A DNA stretch of 64,000 nucleotides from Bacilli bacterium (GTDB lineage: Bacteria; Bacillota_I; Bacilli_A; RFN20; CAG-826): assembly GCA_017442875.1 (NCBI GenBank), contig JAFSPN010000046.1:723-64722 (forward strand). The letters are read 5' to 3'. Of the stretch, positions 39,701 through 48,125 are shown in pieces (the stretch's first letter is position 1; the number at the start of each line of letters is the position of its first letter). The notes under the pieces were generated by a model, which saw only the letters and a program-made list of their open reading frames with translations, did not search any database and was not told where the DNA came from. The translations under genes were made by a program, and so were the position numbers.

Positions 39701-40067
39701 TTTGTCCAAGATGAATGATTACTACACCAAATTTGAAGCTATGGCTGCGGCAATTAAGAGTACCGCTAAATCAAATTACACAGCTTTCAAAACTTTAATT
39801 AAGAGTGTTAAATACTTCACCAGCCTTAGTTCATATGGCACGATTGATGGTATGGATTTCTTGAATAAGTTAGGTGATAATTCAACTTATAGTGCTTATA
39901 AGAGCCAGATTAACGAAGTAAAGACAGCTTTTAATCAACTTGTGGCTTATTCAAGGTGTGGTTCCCAAGCTGGAAACAGCAATGGCTTATCAATTATAGG
40001 TGCGATATCTTGCTCTTATTTATCATCCGAAACCTCATTCACGAATTGGAGAAGCATATTTAAATAA
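36720..40067 (+). CDS. surface lipoprotein: 5 x Big_3-type Ig repeats + AG[W] module + Big_2 domain + clostripain-family (C11) cysteine peptidase domain
   Basis: Lipobox MSITAC, with GGAAGGAG before the ATG. Five ~73-aa repeats (YE.GEELD..V.A.YSDGS......Y.V.GF......G.Q.v...Y). Big_2 segment: SSNEEVATVDNGIVKGISLGTATITAS. C11 motifs: WTVMMYVCGSDLESD, VILWNHGGA (His), FIGYDACLMQ (Cys). Confidence 0.85.
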   Translation: MANKTKKIFIFGSLLAAMFMSITACDISRFINPDNSTNQGSNDSNSIKIPDGAVLNSILVINNKSGYERGEELDLTVTANYSGDFSIQINDYQVEGFDKSQTGNQTITIKYEDKSFSLDVFVREPVLTKITVINNKQSYEYGEELDINVYANYSDGSSIQVENYQVSGYNAQNPGEQDILVSYEGLNHSLKVKVNDPILVNLSLEGNKQSYEYGEELDIVVTASYSDGSTSVITNYEVEGFNNKEPGNQSVVIKYNGKSISFNTTINNPVLTGITATSNKNMYEYGEELDIVVTASYSDNSTTNVTNYKVEGFDSKKPGQQTVTITYENKTYTLKVTVNNPVLTGITAVSNKETYEYGDDLDVIVEASYSDGSKVAITNYKVEGFDSKVAGEQTITISFEGKTCTLKVSVNNKSNRFPASAFTSFLNMQGIKPDVPTPIGYFAWSDKVDMEQDGTNYFSTTTKDEGKVGVDSLADQYAVLLNNNGWTVNNKNGEFTAYKEEGGALLTFSSKQNIFSLRAEMYSEFPIKKCVSSLVKTRSSISDGDKVVLASISEEFIVTGYENGLFKTSDCPCSENGPDEIARNAWRFTVKKVGNNFTLTDIYGRRLGATGLGQLAWNQGTTEWSILITTNSALIINTNTNYGRLCFNKYDDKVTTYAKTTADTHLVYPQLFKVTETDIVYPTSFSLNGKSEINIGKQAQLNVAYYPENTNVTAPITWSSSNEEVATVDNGIVKGISLGTATITASFKSKNTTLQSTFKVTVNENAKAAWTVMMYVCGSDLESDYGAATSDISEILRVSNQPDDVNVIIETGGTTKWKKYNISANVLSRYHVENKQLVLDETLAKANMGKRSTFESFLSWGLEEYPADKVGVILWNHGGALSGVCFDDSIGSDSLTNSETKQAFANVFPNYGIDKLEFIGYDACLMQVQDIAEFNSHYFNYMVTSQEAEVGTGWVYNQWIDDLYAGKDTKTILKANVDSFVNTNGSDQTLSYLDLSKMNDYYTKFEAMAAAIKSTAKSNYTAFKTLIKSVKYFTSLSSYGTIDGMDFLNKLGDNSTYSAYKSQINEVKTAFNQLVAYSRCGSQAGNSNGLSIIGAISCSYLSSETSFTNWRSIFK
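36876..37973 (+). repeat. five tandem ~219-bp coding repeats (Big_3 domains) with near-identical DNA stretches
   Basis: Examples: AATAATCCTGTTTTGACTGGTATTACCGC occurs at ~37519 and ~37736, and GATATTGTTGTTACTGCTAGTTATTCTGAT at ~37370 and ~37587. Confidence 0.8.
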
Positions 40068-40073
40068 AACAAA

Positions 40074-40102
40074 ATAGATCGGTTGATGCCGATCTATTTT
40101 TT
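40074..40102. terminator. bidirectional terminator between convergent genes
   Basis: ATAGATCGG-loop-CCGATCTAT followed by TTTTT. It overlaps the stop codon of the minus-strand GNAT gene. Confidence 0.7.
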
Positions 40103-40621
40103 AACAATTTCATACCAGTTAATAGTGACTGGGTTTGGTTTAAATATGGAACAATGTTCACGGTATTCTTGATGTGTGAATGTGAAACCGCATTTTTGAA
40201 TAACTCGATTGCTTGCGATGTTTTCTACATATGCGCCTATACGTATTTTTTCAAAACCTTGATTAAATAAATAATTAATAAACGCTTTCGCGGCTTCACT
40301 CATATAGCCTTTATTCCATAATTTTCTAGATATGCAATATCCGATTTCTGGACTACCGTCTTTTTCATCATAATCTACGACATCAATTGACCCCACGGCT
40401 TTTAAATCTTCTTTCAAAGCAATCACAAAGCGATGTGTTTTAGAATCATCTATTTCTTTAATCCATCTTTCGAGGATGTTTTTTGTTTCTTCTTTATTTT
40501 TATGATAATTCCAAGTTAAATACTTGGTGACTTCTGGATCATTTGCCCAGTTATTATACATGTCATCAACATCATTGATAGATGGCTCTCTTAGTATTAG
40601 TCTTTCAGTTTCAATAATCAT
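40094..40621 (-). CDS. GNAT family N-acetyltransferase (RimJ/RimL-like)
   Basis: ETERLILREPS...PEIGYCISRKLWNKGYMSEAAKAFINYLF...NIASNRVIQKCGF. ATG at 40621; the track uses GTG at 40627. Confidence 0.8.
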   Translation of the reverse strand: MIIETERLILREPSINDVDDMYNNWANDPEVTKYLTWNYHKNKEETKNILERWIKEIDDSKTHRFVIALKEDLKAVGSIDVVDYDEKDGSPEIGYCISRKLWNKGYMSEAAKAFINYLFNQGFEKIRIGAYVENIASNRVIQKCGFTFTHQEYREHCSIFKPNPVTINWYEIVKK

Positions 40622-40681
40622 ATTCACTATTATAAGTTTTATATACTAATAGAGCCATAGCCGATATAATAAAAACATAAA

Positions 40682-41389
40682 ATGATTCTCGTTGCTCCAA
40701 TTATTATTACTTCCTTAGGCGCTTTAATGCTTTTTTGGTTTTTGTTTGAAAAAGTCAAAGCGTATTCGTTAAAAGAGGTCTTTTTAAAGACGGGGACTTC
40801 TCTTTTATTTATTGCTTTATGCATATACACAATGACGCAAAGCGAATTAACAAAGTTCCCATATTTCGCTTTAGCGGGTTTAGTGTGTGGTATGTTAGGC
40901 GATATCGCTTTAGATTTAAAATACGTTTATAAAGAAAAAGACTTTGAATACACCATCGCAGGATTTATCGCTTTTGGGGTTGGTCATATTTTATATGTAA
41001 CCGGCATGTTTTTAGAATTTTATAACGGACAAAGTGTTCTTTATATCATTATTCCATTACTAGTTGGTCTACTCATGGGCCCGATTACCTTATTAGTGGG
41101 CAAATTATGTAACTGCGAATATGGAAAAATTAAACCAGTAGCGTTTATCTATGGAGTTTTATTATTTAGCATGGTATCAACCGGATTTAGTTTATGGATG
41201 ATGAGCGGCTTTGCTAATACTGGCCTATTAATGATGTTTATCGGCGGAGCATTATTTGCGATTAGCGATTTAATTCTCAATTTGACCTATTTCGCGGAAG
41301 GTCACGAACAACCATTTGATTTGATTAGTAACGCGGTGACCTATTACGCCGCACAATATCTTATCGCTTTCTCAATTTTATTCTTATAA
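40682..41389 (+). CDS. YhhN-family integral membrane protein (lysoplasmalogenase-like)
   Basis: About 8 TM segments and 235 aa. Motifs resemble YhhN/TMEM86 (GDIALD..., FGVGHILY, FAISDLIL). There is no obvious SD, so the start is uncertain. Confidence 0.6.
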   Translation: MILVAPIIITSLGALMLFWFLFEKVKAYSLKEVFLKTGTSLLFIALCIYTMTQSELTKFPYFALAGLVCGMLGDIALDLKYVYKEKDFEYTIAGFIAFGVGHILYVTGMFLEFYNGQSVLYIIIPLLVGLLMGPITLLVGKLCNCEYGKIKPVAFIYGVLLFSMVSTGFSLWMMSGFANTGLLMMFIGGALFAISDLILNLTYFAEGHEQPFDLISNAVTYYAAQYLIAFSILFL

Positions 41390-41401
41390 AGGGGATACAT
41401 T

Positions 41402-42808
41402 ATGGAACATACCAAAGAATCAATTCACCAAATTGTTTTAAATCAGCGTGAATTCTTTTTAAGCGGGCAAACTTTAAGCGTTAAGTTCAGAAAAGAACAG
41501 CTTAAAAAGCTTAAAAAAGCAATCATCGATAATCAACAACAAATTATCGACGCTCTACACATCGATTTAGGTAGATGCGAAGTTGAATCATACTTTTGTG
41601 ATATCGGTGATGTCGTCATGGAAATCAATGAATACTTACATGGTTTAAGTAAATGGAGTAAACCTGAAACACATTTCTCAGGTCTAGCCTGTTTTCCAAG
41701 TATCTTTACCAAAGTATATAAGATGCCATATGGTGTTTCTTTAATCATTTCCCCATTTAACTTCCCTGTCTTATTGTCCGTTGGCGTATTAGCCGCTTCC
41801 ATTGCAGGCGGTAACACCGCGATTATTAAAGCAAGTAGTAAATCCGCGGCCACAACTGCCGCTTTAGTGGATATCATTTCAAAAACATTCCCTGAGGAAT
41901 ATATCACCGTCATAGACGGAGGCCACAATATCGCCGATTTCTGCCTCGAAGAGAGAGTCGACAAGATTTTCTACACAGGCTCACCAAACGTCGCTAAGCA
42001 CGTCATGGAAATGGCAAGTAAGAACCTTACACCTGTTGCGTTAGAGTTAGGTGGAGAAACTGGTAACTGGTGTGTCATTAGAAAAGACGCTAATTTAAAA
42101 GATGCCGCGAGGAAAATAGCGTTTTTCAAAATAATGAATGCTGGCCAAGTTTGCATTAACATCAATCAAGTTGCCGTCGCCGAAGAAGTCGCAGATCAAT
42201 TTATTGAAGAACTAAAGCAAGCTTTTATAAAACAAATCGGTGAAAAAGGCTATCAAAACGAAGAATATCCTAAACTTATTACCCAAAGAGCATATCAAAA
42301 CATCGCTAACGAAGCAGAACAATATCGCGACCGCATCGTTTTTGGTGGGGAAGGTGATATAAATACTTCTAAATATTCACCCACTATTATTTATCCGGTC
42401 GATATTAACGAGAATATCGTTCAACACGAAATATTTGGACCACTACTACCTGTTGTTAAATATAAAGATGATGAAATTGATAAACTATTAAAAGTTATCG
42501 CTAATAGAGAACATGGCTTAGCCTTATATTTATTCACCAAAAACAAAAAATGTGCGAAGCGTGTCATGCAAAGTCAACAATATGGCGGTGGCTGTGTTAA
42601 TGAAGTGTGCCTACACTTAATGGTTAAAGGCGTTCCATTTAATGGCGTTGGTCATTCTGGTATGGGAGCATACCATGGCGTATGGGGCTTTAGAGAATTC
42701 ACCCACCCATCCACTGTCCTTTATGGTCATACCAAGATGAATCTCTCGTTAAGAGAACATCCATATACTAAAAAGAAGAAAAATCTTCTTTCTAAATTTT
42801 TAAAATAG
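41402..42808 (+). CDS. NAD(P)-dependent aldehyde dehydrogenase, class-3-like
   Basis: 468 aa. ALDH3-type N-terminus (REFFLSGQTLSVKFRKEQLKKLKKAI), catalytic Glu context LELGGE, catalytic Cys context NAGQVCIN, and EIFGPLLPV. AAGGGGA precedes the ATG. Confidence 0.9.
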   Translation: MEHTKESIHQIVLNQREFFLSGQTLSVKFRKEQLKKLKKAIIDNQQQIIDALHIDLGRCEVESYFCDIGDVVMEINEYLHGLSKWSKPETHFSGLACFPSIFTKVYKMPYGVSLIISPFNFPVLLSVGVLAASIAGGNTAIIKASSKSAATTAALVDIISKTFPEEYITVIDGGHNIADFCLEERVDKIFYTGSPNVAKHVMEMASKNLTPVALELGGETGNWCVIRKDANLKDAARKIAFFKIMNAGQVCININQVAVAEEVADQFIEELKQAFIKQIGEKGYQNEEYPKLITQRAYQNIANEAEQYRDRIVFGGEGDINTSKYSPTIIYPVDINENIVQHEIFGPLLPVVKYKDDEIDKLLKVIANREHGLALYLFTKNKKCAKRVMQSQQYGGGCVNEVCLHLMVKGVPFNGVGHSGMGAYHGVWGFREFTHPSTVLYGHTKMNLSLREHPYTKKKKNLLSKFLK

Positions 42809-42824
42809 TTGCCTTTTCTAACCA

Positions 42825-43133
42825 CTAAACAAGATAGTTAAACTGTCTTCTTGAATCTATAATTCGATAAACAACAACTTGGTTATTTTCTATTGCATAT
42901 AAAACAATATATCTTTTATCAACAATATTCTTTCTAATGGTAAAGGGAAATGGTTTCGGCATATTAAAGATTGGATTTCTTTCCGGAAAAACCGATAGCG
43001 ATTCAATCGAATCATAAATGTTGTTGGCGAGTTTAATAGCCGCTTCTTTAGAAGCGTTAAGAGCAAAACTAACGCACTCTGACAAATCAGACTGGGCCTT
43101 TGAAGTGATGATTATATCATAGTTTTCCATCAT
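42825..43133 (-). CDS. type II toxin, RelE/ParE family
   Basis: 102 aa with the pattern YDIIITSKAQSDL...FPERNP...RYIVLYAIENNQVVVYRIIDSRR. The start overlaps the antitoxin stop (ATGA). Confidence 0.75.
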   Translation of the reverse strand: MMENYDIIITSKAQSDLSECVSFALNASKEAAIKLANNIYDSIESLSVFPERNPIFNMPKPFPFTIRKNIVDKRYIVLYAIENNQVVVYRIIDSRRQFNYLV

Positions 43134-43396
43134 TTTCCTTCGATTAAATTGTTTATAAGCTTTTTAGACTCTTCTAAAGAATAGTCTCTTTCTTTAGCTA
43201 ATCTAGCCGCAAATGCTTCTAAAACCAATTGCTGAGCACGCAACTCTTGCTCTCTTTTCTCGAAAGAGGCAATGTCCATTACTACTAATTCGCCTTGTCC
43301 GTTCTTAGTTAAAAAGACTGGTTCACCACTCTCTCTACATTTATCCACAACATCATTGTATTTTAAACGAATATCCGCTGATGCCATTATCGTCAT
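43130..43396 (-). CDS. type II antitoxin, Phd/YefM family
   Basis: Start at MTIMASADIRLKYNDVVDKCRESGEPVFLTKNGQGELVVMDIASFEK, with GGAGGG 7 nt upstream. The track ORF extends to 43474. Confidence 0.75.
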   Translation of the reverse strand: MTIMASADIRLKYNDVVDKCRESGEPVFLTKNGQGELVVMDIASFEKREQELRAQQLVLEAFAARLAKERDYSLEESKKLINNLIEGK

Positions 43397-43503
43397 AAAC
43401 AACCCTCCATTATCAAATTTTATCAAAATTATTATAATATTTTTATATGTAGATTTCAATAAAAAGGCCCTCACCTATTGGTGGGGGTCCTTACTATCGG
43501 TTA

Positions 43504-44982
43504 TTATTGTGCGGCTTTTTCGCTCTTTTTGCTGAGCACTTTGTCGCCAAAGTATCCGAGTAGTAATGATTTGAGGTCGATACCTAATGTCTTATTGAGA
43601 CCAGCGAAGATTTGATCGCCATGTTGTTGAATCTCGCTAACGAGTTTGGCTTCGTTGCCTTCTCCATACATTGTGATTCCATCGATTTGTGATAAGGCTG
43701 CAGCGATTGGTTCGCTATAGGCTCTCACTGTTTCTGGTAAGACATTGCTTTCAAGGATGAGCTTTAAGGTAGCGGCATCATTATATGATTTCATCGCATC
43801 AGCCTTTGCTTTGATGGCATCGGCTTCAGCTTGGCCTTTGGCTTCAATACCCTTGGCTTCTGCTAAAGCAGCTTCCTTATTAGCATCTGCTTCGATTCTA
43901 ACTGCGGTTGCAGCTTGTTCACGAGCGATCTTATCAGCTTCTGCTGCCACTCTCTTCTTTTCAGCTTGACGTTGAGCTTCAATAAGTTCGGCTTCAGCTT
44001 TCTTTTGACGTTGATAGAGTTCGGCTTCGGCAGCTTTTTCGGCGGCGTATTTTTCCGCATCTGCTTTCTTGTTGATGGTAGCCGCTAATTTCTTTTCGGC
44101 TAATTCTACTTCTTTGTTGCCGAGTTCAACTTCTCTTTCTCTCTTGGAGATTTCGGCGTTAGTTGTCGCAACGTTGATCTCTTCTTGTCTTTTTTGTTCT
44201 TGAATCTTATACGCTGCATCAGCATCCGCTTTAGCGGTATCAGATTGGATCTTAAGGGCTGCTTCTTTTAAAGCATATTCAGTATTCTTTTGAACGATGA
44301 CTGTTTTAGCGTTGACTTCTGCTTCATTAGCGTCTTGTTGAGCTTTGGCTCTGGCGATGCTGACATCTCTTTCAGCATTTGCTTTAGCAATCGCTGCTTC
44401 TTTGCTGATTTGTGAGATGTTATCGATACCTAAGTTTTTAATAACTTCGTTATCATCTGAGAAGTTTTGAATGTTGAAATTGACTAATTCGAGGCCGAGT
44501 TTTTCCATATCTGGAATGACGTTTTCTTTAACGGCTTCCGCGACACCTTTACGATCTTGGACTAATTGGCGGATGCCAACTGTACCGATGATTTCACGCA
44601 TATTGCCTTCGAGAACTTGTTTGACTTGTTCAATTAAGTCGCCCTCTTTCATACCTAAGATCGTTTCGAACGCTCTTTCTAATAGTGTTGGGTTGCTTGA
44701 GATTTTCAAGTTTGCCACACCATCCACCATGATGTTGATAAATTCATTGGTGGGAATTGATTCACGTGTCTTGATGTCGACTTGGAATGCTTTTAAGGAT
44801 AATTTGTCTTTTCTTTGTAAGACTGGGATCCTAAAACCCGCTTTTCCTCTTAAAATTTTTCTTTTTCCAAGACCAGAAATCATAATTGCTTCATCTGGTC
44901 CTGCTTTGGTGTAAGAGCAGAGCAAGAAGACTATTAGTAATACCGCTCCTACTACACCAAGAAGAATCCATAACCATAACAT
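43504..44982 (-). CDS. flotillin-like SPFH/Band-7 protein
   Basis: N-terminal TM (LWILLGVVGAVLLIVFLL), an SPFH domain, and a long Ala/Glu/Lys-rich flotillin-type coiled coil. 492 aa. GGAGG precedes the ATG. Confidence 0.85.
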   Translation of the reverse strand: MLWLWILLGVVGAVLLIVFLLCSYTKAGPDEAIMISGLGKRKILRGKAGFRIPVLQRKDKLSLKAFQVDIKTRESIPTNEFINIMVDGVANLKISSNPTLLERAFETILGMKEGDLIEQVKQVLEGNMREIIGTVGIRQLVQDRKGVAEAVKENVIPDMEKLGLELVNFNIQNFSDDNEVIKNLGIDNISQISKEAAIAKANAERDVSIARAKAQQDANEAEVNAKTVIVQKNTEYALKEAALKIQSDTAKADADAAYKIQEQKRQEEINVATTNAEISKREREVELGNKEVELAEKKLAATINKKADAEKYAAEKAAEAELYQRQKKAEAELIEAQRQAEKKRVAAEADKIAREQAATAVRIEADANKEAALAEAKGIEAKGQAEADAIKAKADAMKSYNDAATLKLILESNVLPETVRAYSEPIAAALSQIDGITMYGEGNEAKLVSEIQQHGDQIFAGLNKTLGIDLKSLLLGYFGDKVLSKKSEKAAQ

Positions 44983-45030
44983 AATCCCTTCCTCCTTTAC
45001 TTAATGCTGTTGAATAATGTTTGGATGTCC

Positions 45031-45390
45031 TTATTTGACAATAATTGTCAGGACGTTTTTTTCTGGGTCCCACGATGTTTCGAACTGCACCGGGGACTTT
45101 GATAATGTGATTTTGAGAACTTCTCCAATCTGTTTCATTAGCGATGTGGATGAAATCCTCGCAAAACTTTTGTGTTGTTCGAGTTTTAATAAGCAGCTTT
45201 CATCAAGATTTCCTGATTCAACGACCGCTTTGGTAAGTGGCTGGATAACAATGTTTCGATTATCATCTAGACCGACTTGAACTCGATAGGCATCCTCGAA
45301 CGGATACATGGCTGTGGTATTAAGTGTAATGCTGTTACTATATAGTGATGCGACACCATTTTTGGCTTTTACATTAAACCATGTAATCAT
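45031..45390 (-). CDS. hypothetical soluble protein (119 aa), co-oriented 48 nt upstream of flotillin
   Basis: Start at MITWFNV, with AAAGGAG upstream; the track ORF extends to 45423. No TM segment and no family I recognise. Confidence 0.5.
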   Translation of the reverse strand: MITWFNVKAKNGVASLYSNSITLNTTAMYPFEDAYRVQVGLDDNRNIVIQPLTKAVVESGNLDESCLLKLEQHKSFARISSTSLMKQIGEVLKITLSKSPVQFETSWDPEKNVLTIIVK

Positions 45391-45569
45391 TAGTTTTTTT
45401 CTCCTTTCAAATACATAATACATTTTTATACATAAATATACAACACAAATCGAAAAAATCGTATTTAAAGATACAATTCTCGCGCATAACCTTATTATAA
45501 ATATGTATATAGTTAACTATATGTCGCTTTTTGTTTTAGGTATTTAAATGTATTTATTAGTATTTTCAA

Positions 45570-45598
45570 TAAAAAAAGACCGAGTATTTCGCTCGATC
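45570..45598 (-). terminator. rho-independent terminator of gene 45621..45875
   Basis: The minus strand reads GATCGAG-CGAAATA-CTCGGTC followed by TTTTTTTATTG. Confidence 0.6.
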
Positions 45599-45620
45599 TA
45601 ATCTATTATTATTCAGCTAT

Positions 45621-45875
45621 TTATTCTTTTTCTTCTTCGCCGCAGACTTTATCAACAGTACCTTCCGCTGCTTTGCCTAGTGATTTGCCGGCTTGGCCAA
45701 AAGCTTTGCCGGTTTCTCTCCATGCGTTAGCGGTTTCTCTATGACCGTTTGCTTCAATCATATTTTCATCATCAGTAAAAGCCACTTTCATGGTTTTGCC
45801 AAGCGCCTTGCCAAAATTAGCAAAGGCCCGTCCTGTGTTTTTACCTGTTTCTTTCCATTTATCTTTTAGCGACAT
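45621..45875 (-). CDS. small Gly/Lys-rich protein (84 aa), stress-protein-like repeats
   Basis: Repeated GK[AST].G[KRQ]A motifs (GKNTGRAFANFGKALGKT, GKAFGQAGKSLGKAAEG). Family uncertain. Confidence 0.45.
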   Translation of the reverse strand: MSLKDKWKETGKNTGRAFANFGKALGKTMKVAFTDDENMIEANGHRETANAWRETGKAFGQAGKSLGKAAEGTVDKVCGEEEKE

Positions 45876-45997
45876 AGGCGAATCCTTTTTATTTTTGCTT
45901 TACATATCATAACACACCTATAGATTCCGCAATACTCTTATGTATTGATTTTTTATATTAGTTTGCTAAGATAAACAAGGTTTTACACAATAATATT

Positions 45998-46813
45998 ATG
46001 AATTTCTACGAATGGTTTTTCTTGGAGAAAGGAAGGGCTCCCGCTGGTCTATTTTCCTTTGATCATTTGTTTAGTGTTACACTAACACTTCTCATTTTCT
46101 TATCATTAGCAGTCTTCCTTGGTAGGAAGTTTAAAAACGATGAAAAGAAAAAACAATTAGTTCTACTAATATCTGGTATTTCTATCGTCACTCTTCAAGT
46201 GGCCAAAATTACATATTTATTAATTCAAACAGATAATATTGTGGATTGCCTTATTGGCAATGCCCCATTATATTTCTGCGACATTATGATTTTTATTATT
46301 CCATTAGCAGCAATTACAAAAGGTAGATTTAGAGAATGGTGTTTAGATTTTGTTGCTATTTGTGGTTTGTTAATGGGCTTTATGGGCAATTATTTTGCTG
46401 GTAACCTCTACCCGAGCCATGCGGTTATTTCATGGGCCGCGATGGTAGCGTTATTAAATCACAGTATCTCCGCTTTTGTGTCTTTGTTTGTGTGGTGTTC
46501 CAAGCTCAACAAGATGGAAAAGAAAAACATTCCATTTGTAATTGGTCTTTTGTTTGTTTTTATGACTATCGCATTAGTGATGGCCTATGCATTCGAAAAG
46601 AACTTCATGTTCTTCTTCAGTGGCGATGGCACTCCGTTCACCATTTTCTACGATTTGGTAAAAGGAAATGTCGTCCCTTATCAAATTATCATCTATATCT
46701 TACAATGTGGCTATATCGGCGTGTTTTACGCTCTATATTATCCAATCACTGCTTCAATTAAGAGAAGAAATGAAGCTCATCAAGCACAAAAAGCTGCCAC
46801 TGAAAACGAATAA
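45998..46813 (+). CDS. polytopic membrane protein (YwaF/TIGR02206-like?)
   Basis: About 7 TM segments and 271 aa. The family call is from memory of overall pattern only. Confidence 0.45.
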   Translation: MNFYEWFFLEKGRAPAGLFSFDHLFSVTLTLLIFLSLAVFLGRKFKNDEKKKQLVLLISGISIVTLQVAKITYLLIQTDNIVDCLIGNAPLYFCDIMIFIIPLAAITKGRFREWCLDFVAICGLLMGFMGNYFAGNLYPSHAVISWAAMVALLNHSISAFVSLFVWCSKLNKMEKKNIPFVIGLLFVFMTIALVMAYAFEKNFMFFFSGDGTPFTIFYDLVKGNVVPYQIIIYILQCGYIGVFYALYYPITASIKRRNEAHQAQKAATENE

Positions 46814-46848
46814 GGTATGTTCGCGTACAGCGATGGTATAATTGTACT

Positions 46849-47418
46849 ATGGCAAAAAAGAAACATTTTATCTATCTAATTATTAAATTAGCTATTTTCA
46901 CTTTATTAGCGGTTTTAGTGTTAGTTACACGCGATAAACAAGTTGAACATCTTAAGCCCTTTATCGGTTCTTTAATGCTCTTATATGGCGCTGAAGGACT
47001 ATTCTATGAGGCTTTCTTCCACCACTTACGCATTATTCATGAGCCAAAGAGTTATCTCGGTTTAATCGAATTGATATTTGGTATTGTTTTAATTGTCGCC
47101 CCATTAGCCTTTGAATATGTTTGTATCATTTGGGCAACATGGTCAATCGTTAGAGAATCTTATGAAATAAAAGAACTTGTATCCGATTATAAATCAATTG
47201 CACCAAGAATTTTAAGTGGCGCTGAATCAGTAGCCGTTATCGTTTTCTCTGTCATGTTAATTTTAGAACCAGGAGAACACCACGCTTTGATTCATATGAG
47301 CCTATTAGTGGTCGAATTAATTCTCAATCCATTAACTGTCTTACTTGATGAAATAATTGTTCATTTCAAAGAAAAGAAAAAGGCAAAAGCTTTAGAACAA
47401 GAAAAGGCCAGCGAATAA
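46849..47418 (+). CDS. membrane protein of unknown function (189 aa, ~5 TM)
   Basis: Hydrophobic segments with a Lys/Glu-rich C-terminal tail, followed by a terminator. Confidence 0.5.
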   Translation: MAKKKHFIYLIIKLAIFTLLAVLVLVTRDKQVEHLKPFIGSLMLLYGAEGLFYEAFFHHLRIIHEPKSYLGLIELIFGIVLIVAPLAFEYVCIIWATWSIVRESYEIKELVSDYKSIAPRILSGAESVAVIVFSVMLILEPGEHHALIHMSLLVVELILNPLTVLLDEIIVHFKEKKKAKALEQEKASE

Positions 47419-47430
47419 CTGGCCTTTTTG
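47404..47430. terminator. bidirectional terminator between convergent genes
   Basis: GGCCAG-loop-CTGGCC followed by TTTTTG. It spans the stop codon at 47416-47418. Confidence 0.7.
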
Positions 47431-47444
47431 CTTGCTTAGATTGT

Positions 47445-48125
47445 TTAGAAATCAACTTTTTCTAATCTCTTTGAAGATATTTTATAAACAAAGTAATGGG
47501 CTAGGAAAGATAAACCAATAGCAGCGCCCAAACAAATGAATTGGATGCCGACGTGTAGTTGATTTAATATTTCTAAACCCGGCACAAATGGTAAACCAAT
47601 AGTGACCACGCCAATATAAACAACAAAGCCAAGAATGGTCAATAAAGTGGACATGACGATGGACTTGCCGTGTTTATAGTAAATTGGGAAGAAGATAAGA
47701 TCTGCGATTGCATAGCCCACTATTGCAAATGCTAAAGCTAAAACAAAACTATTTAATCCTAGTCCAGGAATGGTTGGTGCATTTTCTGGATTTTGGGCTG
47801 TTATTGACTCATTAAAGAATCGAGCCAATGGGTATAATGCCGACATTATTAGCATAAAGGCAACTTGCATAAAAATAACGGTTATTATTCTAGCCATGAC
47901 GATGTCTTTTTTACGAACTGGTAATAATGTTGAGTAGAGAAGATCGTTGCTTTGTTGACCTTTATTTGCGCCTAAAAAGAGGATTGGGTAACAAGAAAGC
48001 ACATAGATAAAACCAATTCCTAAAGGATAAGAAGGAATTAAAACCATTAATGGAAATGCCGCTACAAAGATGTAGCAGATTGGGTGCATTGATAATTTGA
48101 ATTCTTTATAAATCAAAGCTTTCAT
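47445..48125 (-). CDS. ABC-2-type transporter permease
   Basis: 226 aa with 6 predicted TM segments. It overlaps the upstream ATPase gene by 20 nt. Confidence 0.65.
   Translation of the reverse strand: MKALIYKEFKLSMHPICYIFVAAFPLMVLIPSYPLGIGFIYVLSCYPILFLGANKGQQSNDLLYSTLLPVRKKDIVMARIITVIFMQVAFMLIMSALYPLARFFNESITAQNPENAPTIPGLGLNSFVLALAFAIVGYAIADLIFFPIYYKHGKSIVMSTLLTILGFVVYIGVVTIGLPFVPGLEILNQLHVGIQFICLGAAIGLSFLAHYFVYKISSKRLEKVDF

Noticed and set aside
41533-42165. 143-aa and 64-aa minus-strand ORFs
   Set aside because: They are antisense to the aldehyde dehydrogenase gene, whose catalytic motifs are intact.
43745-44914. ORFs of 74, 65 and 147 aa within the flotillin locus
   Set aside because: They are antisense or alternative frames of the Ala/Glu/Lys-rich coiled-coil coding sequence. 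They have no SD and low complexity.
46432-46761. 109-aa plus-strand ORF overlapping 45998..46813 in another frame
   Set aside because: The longer frame encodes a coherent polytopic membrane protein. The alternative frame is Cys/Arg-rich and lacks any signal.
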